A stretch of 64,000 nucleotides of DNA from contig CDROCS010002422.1 in NCBI GenBank assembly GCA_977020255.1, positions 1-64,000 on the forward strand, written 5' to 3'. The notes beneath the pieces are model-generated. The model searched no databases, was not told where the DNA came from, and saw only the letters and a list, made by a program, of their open reading frames with translations. The position numbers and the translations under genes are program-made. Below are positions 48,911-60,709 of the stretch, piece after piece (positions within the stretch are counted from its first letter, which is position 1; each line of letters starts with the position of its first letter). The DNA comes from Obrimoposthia wandeli. Lineage: Eukaryota.

Positions 48911-48974
48911 TACCTATCTACCTATCTACCTATCTACCTATCTACCAATCTACCAATCTACCAATCTACCAATT
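48911..48974. repeat. 8-bp VNTR: (TACCTATC)4(TACCAATC)3 TACCAATT
   Basis: Direct reading; about 120 bp upstream of the norR start. Confidence 0.9.
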
Positions 48975-49092
48975 TTAGTGCCAAAAACGTCCAATAAAAT
49001 ACTTTTTATAAAATCATAAAAGAAAAGCGGGCTAAGCAAAATACTAGTTGTTATGCTGGCGACTCTTTGGATTATATTGTTGGATATGAATT

Positions 49093-50631
49093 TTGCACGA
49101 GAAAGCTTTGTTAAAAATAGCTCTTGATTTAAGTCTGAGCTTACCTAAAAAAGCTCACTACCAGCGTTTAATGAAAGCTGTTAATGAAGTTATGCCCTGT
49201 GATGCCGTCGCCTTACTAGAATTGCAAGGGGATGAGTTGGTTCCCGTTGCTATTGATGGATTATCAACCGAAGTGTTAGGGATGCGCTTCAAACCAGCAG
49301 AGCACCCGCGGCTCAACGCAATAATGTCGTCGCATGTGCCCATTCGGTTTGATACTGATTCGAACTATCCTGATCCTTATGACGGTTTGCTTGCAATTGA
49401 TCCTAAACGCGTTCTTGATGTGCATGATTGCATGGGCTGTAGTTTATATGTCGAAGAAAACTTAGTGGGAATTTTGACTTTAGATGCCCTTGAAGTTGGG
49501 GCATTTAAAGATATTGATGACATCATGGTAGCCACGTTGGCTGCATTAGCGGCGGCAACTATTCGCAATGCTAATTTAATCGCACAGTTAGAGCAAAAAA
49601 ATTACCAAGCTGTCAGTTTAACCAATGAGTTAATTAAAGATGCCCGCAAGGCAAAAGGGCATGGATTTGTTGGCGATAGTCCAAAAATGCTTGAGTTAAA
49701 AAATGAAATTCGAGTAGTTGCCAATACGCAACTGTCAGTGTTGATCACTGGCGAAACGGGTGTAGGTAAAGAAGTTGTTGCTCGCACGGTGCATGCCGAA
49801 TCAAAACGCAGCGATGAAGCCATTGTTCAAATAAACTGTGCTGCACTTTCCGAGAATATTGCTGAGAGCGAACTGTTTGGTCATATCAAAGGCTCATTCA
49901 CCGGCGCTAACAAAGATCGAATGGGAAAATTTGAGCTTGCCAACAATGGCACTTTATTTTTAGATGAGATCGGAGAGCTATCATTAAATATCCAAGCAAA
50001 ATTGCTCAGAGCCATTCAAGAGGGTGAAATCCAGCGTGTGGGAGCAGATAAAAACACCTATGTTGATGTACGCATTATAGCTGCAACTAACCTAGATTTA
50101 GCCGCTGAAGTGGCCAAAGGTAACTTTCGAGAAGATTTATATTACAGATTAAGCGTTTATCCACTCAAAGTTCCTTCATTACGAGAGCGTATCGACGACA
50201 TTCCGCTATTATGCGGTTTTATATTGAATAGTTTTAAAAGCAAAATTGGTACTGATAATGTTCGAGTGAATAAAGCGGCAATGCAAGAGCTTGAACGATA
50301 TGACTGGCCAGGCAATGTTCGAGAGCTCCAACATGTACTGATGAGAGCAGGACTTAGAGCATCGATGAATTCTTCAGGGGATGCCAGCATCATCGAGCCT
50401 ATACATCTCGGTTTAGAGACACTTGCTAGCACTGCCGACTTAACTCAACAAGAAGCACCTCCAATAACGAGTGATAATAAAGCTTTCAACGAAGCCGTTG
50501 CGGACTTTCAAAGGCAGATGATTAATCAAGCGATGGCTGAAAATAACAATGTTTGGGCTAAAGCGGCGCGCCAGTTGCAGCTTGACCGCGGTAATTTACA
50601 TCGCCAGGCCAAACGACTAGGTATAACGTAA
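49093..50631 (+). CDS. norR: NO-responsive sigma54 activator NorR (GAF-AAA+-HTH)
   Basis: GAF iron-ligand pattern HPRL, PDPYDG, VHDCMGC, LTLD; GETGVGKE, GSFTGA, FLDEIGEL, WPGNVREL; C-terminal HTH; TTG start. Confidence 0.92.
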   Translation: MHEKALLKIALDLSLSLPKKAHYQRLMKAVNEVMPCDAVALLELQGDELVPVAIDGLSTEVLGMRFKPAEHPRLNAIMSSHVPIRFDTDSNYPDPYDGLLAIDPKRVLDVHDCMGCSLYVEENLVGILTLDALEVGAFKDIDDIMVATLAALAAATIRNANLIAQLEQKNYQAVSLTNELIKDARKAKGHGFVGDSPKMLELKNEIRVVANTQLSVLITGETGVGKEVVARTVHAESKRSDEAIVQINCAALSENIAESELFGHIKGSFTGANKDRMGKFELANNGTLFLDEIGELSLNIQAKLLRAIQEGEIQRVGADKNTYVDVRIIAATNLDLAAEVAKGNFREDLYYRLSVYPLKVPSLRERIDDIPLLCGFILNSFKSKIGTDNVRVNKAAMQELERYDWPGNVRELQHVLMRAGLRASMNSSGDASIIEPIHLGLETLASTADLTQQEAPPITSDNKAFNEAVADFQRQMINQAMAENNNVWAKAARQLQLDRGNLHRQAKRLGIT

Positions 50632-50677
50632 GTAAACGTTGAAAGCGCTCTCTATTCATGACGAATTTATAGCGCTC

Positions 50678-50980
50678 TTAAATACTCAGCTGATTTTGGC
50701 TGTAAATAACCGCTAAACCCACGATACACGTCATGCTATAAAAGTACCCCTTTACAATGTTTCTAGTTAGGGGCGCTGCGTATTTGAGCCCCATAAACTC
50801 ATTAATTATCCATCTCCCTTTAACGATAACGATGCAACAGACAAACAAAGTGGTATAGGTATTTGTGCTCGCGGATTCTGCAATGCTTGCACTGATTAAG
50901 GTGAGCGCAATCAAACACAGCCAAATTTTAAACACCGAATCTGCTGAAAATTTGTCAACAATTTGTATTAAATAATGCAC
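50678..50980 (-). CDS. NorF-like small membrane protein (COX IV family), copy 2
   Basis: Three TM, KGRWIINEFMGL motif, after norE2. Confidence 0.7.
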   Translation of the reverse strand: MHYLIQIVDKFSADSVFKIWLCLIALTLISASIAESASTNTYTTLFVCCIVIVKGRWIINEFMGLKYAAPLTRNIVKGYFYSMTCIVGLAVIYSQNQLSI

Positions 50981-50986
50981 GCTTGA

Positions 50987-51607
50987 TTACCTCAATACAT
51001 AAATAAGTGGAAATATTAAGATCCAAACAAGGTCAATCATATGCCAATAACTAGCGGCACTTTCTAAACCTTCGTGATTATCTTTAGTGTAAAAACCAAG
51101 TGCGGTTAACACGGTAACGAAAGCAATAGTGCACGTACCAATAAGCACGTGAAGTAGATGGTTGAACGTGATGTAGTAATAACTTGCAAAATAGTAATTA
51201 GTTCGCGCGGTTATACCGATACTTTCATTTAGGTTGTACTCCCAGGCTTTGATGGCGCAATAGGTTAAACCTGCGAGTATCGTCAATACTAGCCATACAA
51301 TGGTCTGTTTTTGCCTGCCACGTTTTATGGATCTGATGGCAAGTACTACAAAGTAACTACTGCTTAAAAGTACCAGCGTATTTAACAAACCTGTGATGGT
51401 ACTTAACTGCCTAGGTCCTTGATAAAAATCTTCGGGAAAATAAATTTTCCCGATCAAGAAAACAATAAAAAACAGCCCGAACTCGAATAACTCTGCATAG
51501 ATAAATATCCACACGGCCATTGAACCGGGTGTTTTGTACTTCTTTTCACTACTTACCACCGACCCTTTCGAATCGGACAGAAAAATAGGAAAATTAGAAG
51601 TATGCAT
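50987..51607 (-). CDS. norE: NorE-like cytochrome c oxidase subunit III family protein, copy 2
   Basis: TPGSMAVWIFI, YYYITFNHLLHV, ASYWHMIDLVW; co-transcribed after norQ. Confidence 0.8.
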   Translation of the reverse strand: MHTSNFPIFLSDSKGSVVSSEKKYKTPGSMAVWIFIYAELFEFGLFFIVFLIGKIYFPEDFYQGPRQLSTITGLLNTLVLLSSSYFVVLAIRSIKRGRQKQTIVWLVLTILAGLTYCAIKAWEYNLNESIGITARTNYYFASYYYITFNHLLHVLIGTCTIAFVTVLTALGFYTKDNHEGLESAASYWHMIDLVWILIFPLIYVLR

Positions 51608-52370
51608 TTACCACTCTTTCTAGTGCTTGCTGCGTTTCTGGCTCATCTGTTAAAGGTTCAATAATGCAGTGTTTACATGCCTTTGATACAGCACAGCCAC
51701 TGCCGATCAATTTGGCCGCGTAGATCAACAGTCTTGTAGATACCGCCGCCTTAAGGTCTATATCAGTTAACTTTCTAATATCATTGGCTAATTTCACTAA
51801 GCTTTGAGCTAGTTCTGCATCTATTTTTGCTTCATGTTCTAAGATTTCAGCTTCCATTTCAGCCTTAGGATAAGTAAAACTCATTCCGACAAAACGTTGC
51901 CTAGTGCTAGGTTTGAGGCCTTTCATTACATTTTGGTAGGCAGGGTTGTACGAAACCACCAAAATAAAATCTTTATGTGCTTGAATAACCTCTCCTGTTC
52001 TTTCAATATGCAGCTCCCTGCGATGATCAGATAGTGAGTGCAAGACCACTGTGGTGTCTTTTCTCGCTTCTATAATTTCATCCAAATAGCAAATTCCACC
52101 TTCTCTTACTGCCTTAGTTAAGGGTCCGTCCTGCCAGTAGGTCCCGTCTGCACCAATTAAATGTCGACCTATAAGATCCGCACTACTTAAATCATCATGA
52201 CAAGAGATAGTAATAATAGGGCGATCTAACTGTTGCGCCATGTATTCTATAAACCGTGTTTTCCCGCAGCCTGTAGGCCCTTTTATTAAAGCAGGCAAAT
52301 TATGCTCGACACAGTAATTAAATATTTCAACTTCATCGTCTTGTACTTGGTAATAACAAGTGTTCTTCAT
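51594..52370 (-). CDS. norQ: NorQ/NirQ MoxR AAA+ ATPase
   Basis: GPTGCGKT, YLDEI, SYNP.YQ, LKPSTRQRF. Confidence 0.95.
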   Translation of the reverse strand: MKNTCYYQVQDDEVEIFNYCVEHNLPALIKGPTGCGKTRFIEYMAQQLDRPIITISCHDDLSSADLIGRHLIGADGTYWQDGPLTKAVREGGICYLDEIIEARKDTTVVLHSLSDHRRELHIERTGEVIQAHKDFILVVSYNPAYQNVMKGLKPSTRQRFVGMSFTYPKAEMEAEILEHEAKIDAELAQSLVKLANDIRKLTDIDLKAAVSTRLLIYAAKLIGSGCAVSKACKHCIIEPLTDEPETQQALERVVNAYF

Positions 52371-52423
52371 AACTTTTTCTCTGAGTAAGTTAGTTAGCTA
52401 CGTACAATATTCGGGTAATCTCT

Positions 52424-54253
52424 CTAATGTTTGGTAAGATTGATATATATTTTAGGCAGTATTAGCGGCAGTTGTGCGGCGTCATCGACCACAGAAAAAC
52501 TGTTCTGGCCAAATAGAAAAGGCAAGTAGTCATGTGCTTTCTTATCGATGGTGACACAGTAAGGAATCAAGCCGAGGTTTTTTGCTTCAATAACGGCCTG
52601 TCTTGTATCTTCTAACCCATAGCGACCTTCATATTGATCCAAATCGTTAGGTCTACCATCAGTGATGATTAACATCACTTTATTGGTAGAACCCTGTTTA
52701 CTTAAAATTTTACTTGATTGGCGTATAGCCGCACCAATACGCGTGTAATAACCTGGTTCTATTCTGGCGATTCTGCCTCTTACGTGACCATCAAACTGCA
52801 TATTGAAATTCTTAAAAATATGATATCTAACATGCTGATTGCGTACTGAAGAAAAACCATAGATAGCAAGCTCGTCACTCAATTGATTTAAACCTTGTGA
52901 GAAAACCATCAAGCTGTCAATAATGACATCAATTACCCGTTGCTCTTGATTAATATAGGCTTCGGTAGACAGTGATATATCGGCGAGTATTAAACAACTC
53001 ACATCTCTGTAATGCTGGGTGTTATCAATAAAATAGTTTTGCTTACTGCTGCTTTTAACGGGTTGAGTGTAATCATCCAACCACGCATCTAAATCAATTT
53101 CACTGCCGCTGGGTTGCGCTTTTCTTTTGCTTTGTATTAAGCCGAGTGAGGCAAATCTTTGCGTAATTTCACGACTTATATGCTGTTGCCTATCAGTCAA
53201 TTCGACCGGCTTAACATTATCTGCCAACATGGTTTGTAACTGACATTTGTCTTTAACTAAGCGCTGCTGTTTGAAATTCCATTCTGGCAGTAAAATACCT
53301 TCACCGAGGCGAAGATCGTCGTTCTCTTCGGCGGGCAAATCCAAATTAAAACGAATACTGGCAGATTTGGCCTTTCGATGCCGCGACAGAGTAATAATAT
53401 CGAGATCTTTGGCAATCGTATCAACGTCGTCTGTGTCATCATCTTCAGACTGGCATCTGTCGAGATTGACTTGCTCTGTCCAAGTTTCTAGTGCTTCTGC
53501 TTGAAAAACCAGTAAACCATCCGTTTTACGCTCATCATCAACAAATTCAACCTGCTTACGCTGTTCTATTTCCTTGATGTCTTTGAGTCGACGCTCGCCC
53601 TTGCCTTTTTGCTCATCCCCTTCCTTACTCTTTACCATTGCAGGCATTGATCTGGGTGGGTAGAGCCACAAGGGCACAGGGAGTGCCGCATATTTGCTTT
53701 TAACAGCAGAGGTAATGGCACCAGGCACGGTTAAGGCATAGCGAATTTGTTTTTCAGCTTTCTGTTCTTGTGGTGTTAAACCATTGACGGTAGGCCGATT
53801 AGCCAAGAAAGTTTGACTAAGACTTAAATAAATCCTTTTTAAACCGGGATAGCGGGCAATGATTTTTATAGTTGCCGCTTGATTATCTACTAACCAATCG
53901 TTCATAGGTTCTTGGTGAGCCGCTAATGCCACTAACCAGAAATAGAGGTTTTCATTGAGCTTTTTATCTGCAAAATGCGCCACATATGGCGGCAGTCTAA
54001 TGCTTCTAGCATCTTGCCAACAAAGCATAAAGTATTGATGGCTTCCTGCTATTTTTTGTAATGCGGTGCGCTTTATCTGGAGTTTCCTAGGCTCGGCAAG
54101 TTCAATCGTTTTACTAGGATCGCCACCCATGGCGCGGTAAAAAACGATTAATTGAGATTGAATATCAGCTAACTCAACACTGGCATCAACATGCTCTGTT
54201 GACACTTGTTTAGTTAGCCATTTATCCCAGAGCTTACCTACTACTTCTTCCAT
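52424..54253 (-). CDS. norD: NorD VWA-domain activation protein
   Basis: MEEVVGKLW start (54253; ORF track 54268); MIDAS DISLS, PGYYTRIGAAIR, ITDGRPND. Confidence 0.92.
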   Translation of the reverse strand: MEEVVGKLWDKWLTKQVSTEHVDASVELADIQSQLIVFYRAMGGDPSKTIELAEPRKLQIKRTALQKIAGSHQYFMLCWQDARSIRLPPYVAHFADKKLNENLYFWLVALAAHQEPMNDWLVDNQAATIKIIARYPGLKRIYLSLSQTFLANRPTVNGLTPQEQKAEKQIRYALTVPGAITSAVKSKYAALPVPLWLYPPRSMPAMVKSKEGDEQKGKGERRLKDIKEIEQRKQVEFVDDERKTDGLLVFQAEALETWTEQVNLDRCQSEDDDTDDVDTIAKDLDIITLSRHRKAKSASIRFNLDLPAEENDDLRLGEGILLPEWNFKQQRLVKDKCQLQTMLADNVKPVELTDRQQHISREITQRFASLGLIQSKRKAQPSGSEIDLDAWLDDYTQPVKSSSKQNYFIDNTQHYRDVSCLILADISLSTEAYINQEQRVIDVIIDSLMVFSQGLNQLSDELAIYGFSSVRNQHVRYHIFKNFNMQFDGHVRGRIARIEPGYYTRIGAAIRQSSKILSKQGSTNKVMLIITDGRPNDLDQYEGRYGLEDTRQAVIEAKNLGLIPYCVTIDKKAHDYLPFLFGQNSFSVVDDAAQLPLILPKIYINLTKH

Positions 54254-54362
54254 TATCGCCTCACACAATTATTTCTTGAACGGGTTCTTTTTGAGCCAAA
54301 GGCAGCCTAACTATCTTCTGGTTTCAGATAGTTAGACTGTTTTATGGCTAAACTTTTCAAGA

Positions 54363-56224
<1,862 letters not shown>

Positions 56225-56262
56225 TCAAGACTCCTCGTTAAATAAAATATTCAATCTATATA

Positions 56263-56278
56263 AGCAAAATACATGCCA
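56263..56278 (-). promoter_or_regulatory. sigma54 -24/-12 promoter for norCBDQEF
   Basis: TGGCATGTATTTTGCT on the minus strand (GG-N10-GC), about 40 bp upstream of the norC ATG. Confidence 0.85.
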
Positions 56279-56332
56279 TGTTATATCTTATTGTTTTTTA
56301 ACGTTAATTTAAAAATATGTTGAATAGACTGT

Positions 56333-56381
56333 TATGAAAAGACAACACTAAGCGTCTTTAGCACATCACTTTTAGAGTGAC
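56333..56381 (-). promoter_or_regulatory. Candidate NorR boxes for the norC promoter
   Basis: GTCTTTAGCAC (56354-56364) fits GT-N7-AC; two flanking imperfect sites at 56333-56343 and 56371-56381. Confidence 0.45.
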
Positions 56382-56531
56382 GCGCTTCATGTTTATCAAA
56401 TAGACATGCTCTTTCAACAGTTTCTCTGCATTGATAACATAAACCATTCAATCTGAGCCCTTATAAATTTTTCGCCTGCTACCTACTACTTCGAAACATG
56501 TCACTTCTTATAGAGCTTCCTTATCTAATAT

Positions 56532-56579
56532 CATTAGTGTCCGGTTTAATTTTTGTTGCTCTTTAACCGGACAACAATG
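56532..56579 (-). mobile_element. 48-bp internally deleted MITE family A copy
   Basis: CATTAGTGTCCGGTTTAA...TTAACCGGACAACAATG flanked by the perfect 9-bp duplication ATCTAATAT. Confidence 0.9.
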
Positions 56580-56603
56580 ATCTAATATAAAAACCTTGAA
56601 ATA

Positions 56604-56617
56604 TTGATAATAGTCAA
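56604..56617. promoter_or_regulatory. FNR/DNR-type box upstream of the cobalamin riboswitch
   Basis: TTGAT-AATA-GTCAA. Confidence 0.55.
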
Positions 56618-56674
56618 AGCACCCTATTCACCGATTGATTAGACTTTAGCGCTTATCAATCGATAACAAAAAGC

Positions 56675-56878
56675 TTACAGGTGCCCTTTCATTTAACACT
56701 TCGTTATTTGAATAGATAAGGGAGAATCGGGAAATCGGTAGAAATCCGATACGTGCCCAACGCTGTAATGGTAATGATGCAGACAGGTTAAACCAGCCAC
56801 TGGCAACTGCCGGGAAGGCGCCTGCATAGGATAGCCCCAGGGATTATCTAATACCTAAGTCAGAAGACCGGCCTGAAA
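56675..56878 (+). ncRNA. Cobalamin (AdoCbl) riboswitch
   Basis: AGGTGCC, GGGAAATCGGTAGAAATCCGAT, GCCCAACGCTGTAA, GCCACTG, CCGGGAAGGC, and B12 box AAGTCAGAAGACCGGCC, upstream of bluB. Confidence 0.92.
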
Positions 56879-56933
56879 GCAGATACGAAACGTTTGGACC
56901 AACGTTTCTAATTTCCATATAAGGGGAATACCT

Positions 56934-57692
56934 ATGGAACAAGCAGTAAAAAATAGTCATCCAAATCAGCAGCTCGACATGCAGTTTAATTCTCAGGACA
57001 GACACGGCCTCTACAAAACGGTGTTTAACCGTCGTGATGTTCGCGGTCAATTCAAACCCGACTCCGTTCCTGATGCAGTACTGAGCCGTGTGTTATACGC
57101 CGCGCACCACGCACCATCCGTAGGCTTTATGCAGCCATGGAATTTCATGGTTATTCGTGACAATGAAAAAAGACAGCAGGTACACGATCTCTTTGAAATC
57201 GCACACAATGAAGCAGCGCAAATGTTCCCGCAAGAGCAGCGCGAAACCTATAGCTCACTGAAACTCGAAGGAATAATGGAATCTCCACTAAATATCTGTA
57301 TTACCTGCAATCGCGATAGTGCAGGGCCTACCGTTATTGGTCGCACCCATATAAAAGCGATGGATCAGTACAGCAGCGTCTGTGCAGTACAAAATTTATG
57401 GCTGGCGGCCCGTGCCGAAGGCTTAGGAGTCGGTTGGGTGAGCATTCTGGATCAGCGAAAACTACAGGGGCTGCTCGAAATGCCCCACGAAATAATCCCG
57501 ATAGCTTATCTGTGTATTGGTTACGTTGATCACTTTTATAATAAGCCGGAATTGGAAACGGCGGGCTGGTTACCCCGCCAGCCGTTGGGCGAATTAGTCT
57601 ATTTTGATAGCTGGAAAAATACCCGTACAGCAGAGCAAGACTCCTTGATCGCCCAGATTAATAATGACCGAGGCTTCCCAGATAATTTCTGA
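56934..57692 (+). CDS. bluB: 5,6-dimethylbenzimidazole synthase
   Basis: RRDVR, AHHAPSVGFMQPWNF, KLEGI, AVQNLWLAARAEGLGVGWVS; riboswitch context. Confidence 0.93.
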   Translation: MEQAVKNSHPNQQLDMQFNSQDRHGLYKTVFNRRDVRGQFKPDSVPDAVLSRVLYAAHHAPSVGFMQPWNFMVIRDNEKRQQVHDLFEIAHNEAAQMFPQEQRETYSSLKLEGIMESPLNICITCNRDSAGPTVIGRTHIKAMDQYSSVCAVQNLWLAARAEGLGVGWVSILDQRKLQGLLEMPHEIIPIAYLCIGYVDHFYNKPELETAGWLPRQPLGELVYFDSWKNTRTAEQDSLIAQINNDRGFPDNF

Positions 57693-57710
57693 TAAAAGCT
57701 AACAGCTTGA

Positions 57711-57734
57711 TCGCAGCCCTTTTCAGGGCTGCGA
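57711..57734 (+). terminator. Hairpin terminator after bluB
   Basis: TCGCAGCCCT-tttc-AGGGCTGCGA. Confidence 0.7.
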
Positions 57735-57869
57735 CCTTCTCTCTAGTAAATAACCCTAGCCTTCACTGAAAGCCCTCACTGTTTTAAGGCAATAAAATTC
57801 GCCGGCAAAGAAGAAAAATAGCCTAAACTAACCTATCGCTTAGCAGGGTTATTTTTCAATACTTATTGA

Positions 57870-58018
57870 CATTGCTGTCCGGTTAAAAAGTGTAAGTTCT
57901 TTACTCATTGATTTGTTTTTTCTAGCATAAGTAATTGGATTTTGTTGGCCAAATAATACTTGTGGTTAACGTGAAATCAATGAGTTAAGAACAATAAAAA
58001 TTAAACTTGGCACTAATG
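57870..58018 (+). mobile_element. MITE family A, full 149-bp copy
   Basis: CATTGCTGTCCGGTTAA...TTAAACTTGGCACTAATG flanked by the perfect 9-bp duplication ACTTATTGA. Confidence 0.9.
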
Positions 58019-58094
58019 ACTTATTGAATAAAGACACTACTGCCAGCTTAAAAGTAACGTAAATCTAAAGAGTATTAACCTGAGTGCTCCTTGT

Positions 58095-58757
58095 TCACAC
58101 TCGTAAATTCTGCGATATCCACTGTGTCGCTATATCAAGATTACTACACTCATATACCGTGTTTGAAAATTTCTTACGGACCTCTAATGATGAAGAGACA
58201 CCAATACATTTTATGTTAGCTGCAATGGCAGAGAGACTACCGTTATGAGTATCTTCAATCGCTAAACATTCCGACGTCTGTATACCTAATTTATTGGCTG
58301 CCAATAAATAGCAATCTGGCGCAGGTTTACTGTTTTCAACGTCATCGCCAGAAACAACGACAGAGATATATTTTTCCAACCCGTGACTTTTTAAAGTAAC
58401 ACTTACTCCATCTCTTCCTGCGCCGGTCACAATTCCAACTTTTAAACCCTGCTCATAGAAATAACGAACTGATTCAAGTGCTCCACTCATAAGAGGGAAA
58501 GCCTGCGCAAGCAAATATTTATGAGTAATTTCCGTTTTTGCCAATATAAGCTCAGCTACTTCAACATTGAGAGAATACTTATCAATAAGTACTTGAGCAT
58601 TTGTGTTGGTTGGAATTCCAGCATACTGGTTTGTATACTCTGCATGAGAGAGATCAACATGATGTAGGGATAGGATATCTCTCCACATTTCGAAATGAGC
58701 TTGCTCTGAATCCACAATTGTTCCATCGTGATCAAACAGTACTGCTTTAATATTCAT
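58095..58757 (-). CDS. HAD family phosphatase
   Basis: Motif I FDHDGTIVDS, IVTG, KPAPDCY, IEDT. Confidence 0.92.
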   Translation of the reverse strand: MNIKAVLFDHDGTIVDSEQAHFEMWRDILSLHHVDLSHAEYTNQYAGIPTNTNAQVLIDKYSLNVEVAELILAKTEITHKYLLAQAFPLMSGALESVRYFYEQGLKVGIVTGAGRDGVSVTLKSHGLEKYISVVVSGDDVENSKPAPDCYLLAANKLGIQTSECLAIEDTHNGSLSAIAANIKCIGVSSSLEVRKKFSNTVYECSNLDIATQWISQNLRV

Positions 58758-59140
58758 AATTCTCCTTGTCTATATACAATTGTTAATGTCCCTACTGAGC
58801 AGCAATCATTAATGGGAAACGACGACTAGCCGAAGGTGCCGCCAACGAAAGGATGCGTTGAAAATTAATCATGTAGCTGATCACTGTGACAGTGAAGGTA
58901 TGCTGGATCAATGACCATTTATGGCTCTAGGAGCTTGATAATAACGAGCGCTGGATAATCACTTTTTACCTCCCCTTAACTCCTTTTGTGTGCCCATAAG
59001 GTTATCCACTTTATAGAAATGGATTAGGCCTATTCAAAACCATCAAAGGTAAATCCCCAGGCCTTTGAGGCGAAAAAATATTAGCTTTAATAGGTTCATT
59101 CGAGCATAAACGAGAACATTTAGCCTGAGGGTTTCTAATA

Positions 59141-59224
59141 TTGATCTAGATCATATTTATATCTATAAATCCATCGCTTTATCAGCTAAATCTGTAAAAA
59201 TCGTAACGAATTGACGGAAGTCAA
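59141..59224 (+). promoter_or_regulatory. Two FNR/DNR-type boxes upstream of nirK
   Basis: TTGAT-CTAG-ATCAT (59141-59154) and the palindrome TTGAC-GGAA-GTCAA (59211-59224), with a -10-like TATAAC at 59251. Confidence 0.75.
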
Positions 59225-59339
59225 TTCGATAAATATCTGTTTGTCTAATCTATAACCAACGCACGAGATAGCGACGGTGAATTATAAAGCGAAATCGTGC
59301 TCCCTGGTAAATTAAAGACACATATATTTGGAGTTAATT

Positions 59340-60518
59340 ATGGGTACCAAGAATATCGCAGCTCAAAACGAAGCAAACACACAGCGCCGTAACTTCCTTG
59401 GTGGATCGGTAGGAGTAGGTATTGTAGGCGCAGGTTTGGCTGCGGGCTTAGTCTCAACATCAACCTCAGCAGCCGACAATAAACAACCTAAAAAAGATCG
59501 TATGGCAAATTATACCGCCGATCAACTTGAACGTGTAACGCAAGAACTGGTCACACCACCCCTCGTCCCTGTGCATGATCAAATTGCTAAAGGTAAGCCG
59601 AAAGTTGTTGAAGTCACGTTAATCGTCGAAGAAAAGCAGGTCGATATTGATACCGGTGTTAAAGCGTGGGTGAGCACATTTAATGGTAGCGTACCTGGGC
59701 CGCTTATCGTTTGTCACCAGCATGATTACGTTGAATTAACTCTAAAAAACCCTAAAACAAACGCTCTAGCGCATAACATTGACCTACATGCAGCGACAGG
59801 TGCCCTGGGTGGAGGTGAACTCACTCTAGTCTCTCCAGGTGAAGAAGTTACTTTCCGTTTCAAAGCGACTAAAGCCGGAACTTTTGTTTATCACTGTGCT
59901 CCAGGTGGAATTATGATTCCTTGGCATGTTGCTATGGGGATGGCGGGTGCCATAATGGTATTGCCACGTGAGGGCCTAAAAGACGGCCAGGGCAATTCAA
60001 TTAGTTACGACAAAGCTTATTATATCGGCGAGCAAGATTTTTACGTACCGACCGATGAAAATGGAAAAACCAAAACATACGACACTATCACCGGCAGTAT
60101 GGGCGACACCTTAGAAGTAATGAAAACGTTAACGCCATCTCATATCGTATTTAACGGTAAAGTGGGTGCGATAACAGGCGAAAATGCGATGACGGCTAAA
60201 GTGGGTGAAACGGTCATGCTTATTCACTCTCAACCAAACCGAGATACACGTCCGCATCTCATTGGTGGCCACGGTGACTATGTTTGGGAAAGAGGTTCAT
60301 TTCACGATGCACCACAAACTGATCTTGAAACTTGGGGGATTCCAGGTGGTTGTACGGGGGCTGCTATTTACACCTTTAGACAGCCAGGTTTATATGTTTA
60401 TCTAAATCACAACTTAATCGAGGCTATTATGAAAGGTGCTGCTGCTCACATCAAGGTAGATGGCGATTGGGATGATAACTTAATGGTACAGCTGAAAAAA
60501 CCACATAAAATGGCTTGA
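59340..60518 (+). CDS. nirK: Copper-containing nitrite reductase
   Basis: Tat signal QRRNFL; [29 protein letters not shown] Cu ligands and catalytic residues; ATG 59340 with GGAG RBS. Confidence 0.97.
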   Translation: MGTKNIAAQNEANTQRRNFLGGSVGVGIVGAGLAAGLVSTSTSAADNKQPKKDRMANYTADQLERVTQELVTPPLVPVHDQIAKGKPKVVEVTLIVEEKQVDIDTGVKAWVSTFNGSVPGPLIVCHQHDYVELTLKNPKTNALAHNIDLHAATGALGGGELTLVSPGEEVTFRFKATKAGTFVYHCAPGGIMIPWHVAMGMAGAIMVLPREGLKDGQGNSISYDKAYYIGEQDFYVPTDENGKTKTYDTITGSMGDTLEVMKTLTPSHIVFNGKVGAITGENAMTAKVGETVMLIHSQPNRDTRPHLIGGHGDYVWERGSFHDAPQTDLETWGIPGGCTGAAIYTFRQPGLYVYLNHNLIEAIMKGAAAHIKVDGDWDDNLMVQLKKPHKMA

Positions 60519-60544
60519 TTTTAACTCATTGAGTTCCTAAATAG

Positions 60545-60701
60545 TTCTCATCCAGAAACGGGGCCGTAACGAGGGCGACTCAATGGTTCAAGATGTGTGC
60601 TACTAGATATGGGCGTTTGGTCATTCCAAATAACTATATCTAGTGGTGCTCAGATTGATCCAGTGAGCCGGTCGCAGTAGGCATCTGTTTCTGGATGGGA
60701 A
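60545..60701. mobile_element. 157-bp hairpin element family B (MITE-like)
   Basis: Terminal inverted repeat TTCTCATCCAGAAAC / GTTTCTGGATGGGAA, inner arms CTACTAGATAT / ATATCTAGTGG, flanked by the direct repeat CTAAATAG. Confidence 0.75.
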
Positions 60702-60709
60702 CTAAATAG

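Noticed and set aside
58815-58865. GCCGAAGGTGC segment resembling a glycine riboswitch core
   Set aside because: Lacks the GGAGA and CTCAGG elements and has no glycine-related gene downstream
58060-58870. Possible integron-cassette origin (attC-like ends) of the HAD gene
   Set aside because: No clear RYYYAAC/GTTRRRY pair with L and R boxes, no integrase and no cassette array
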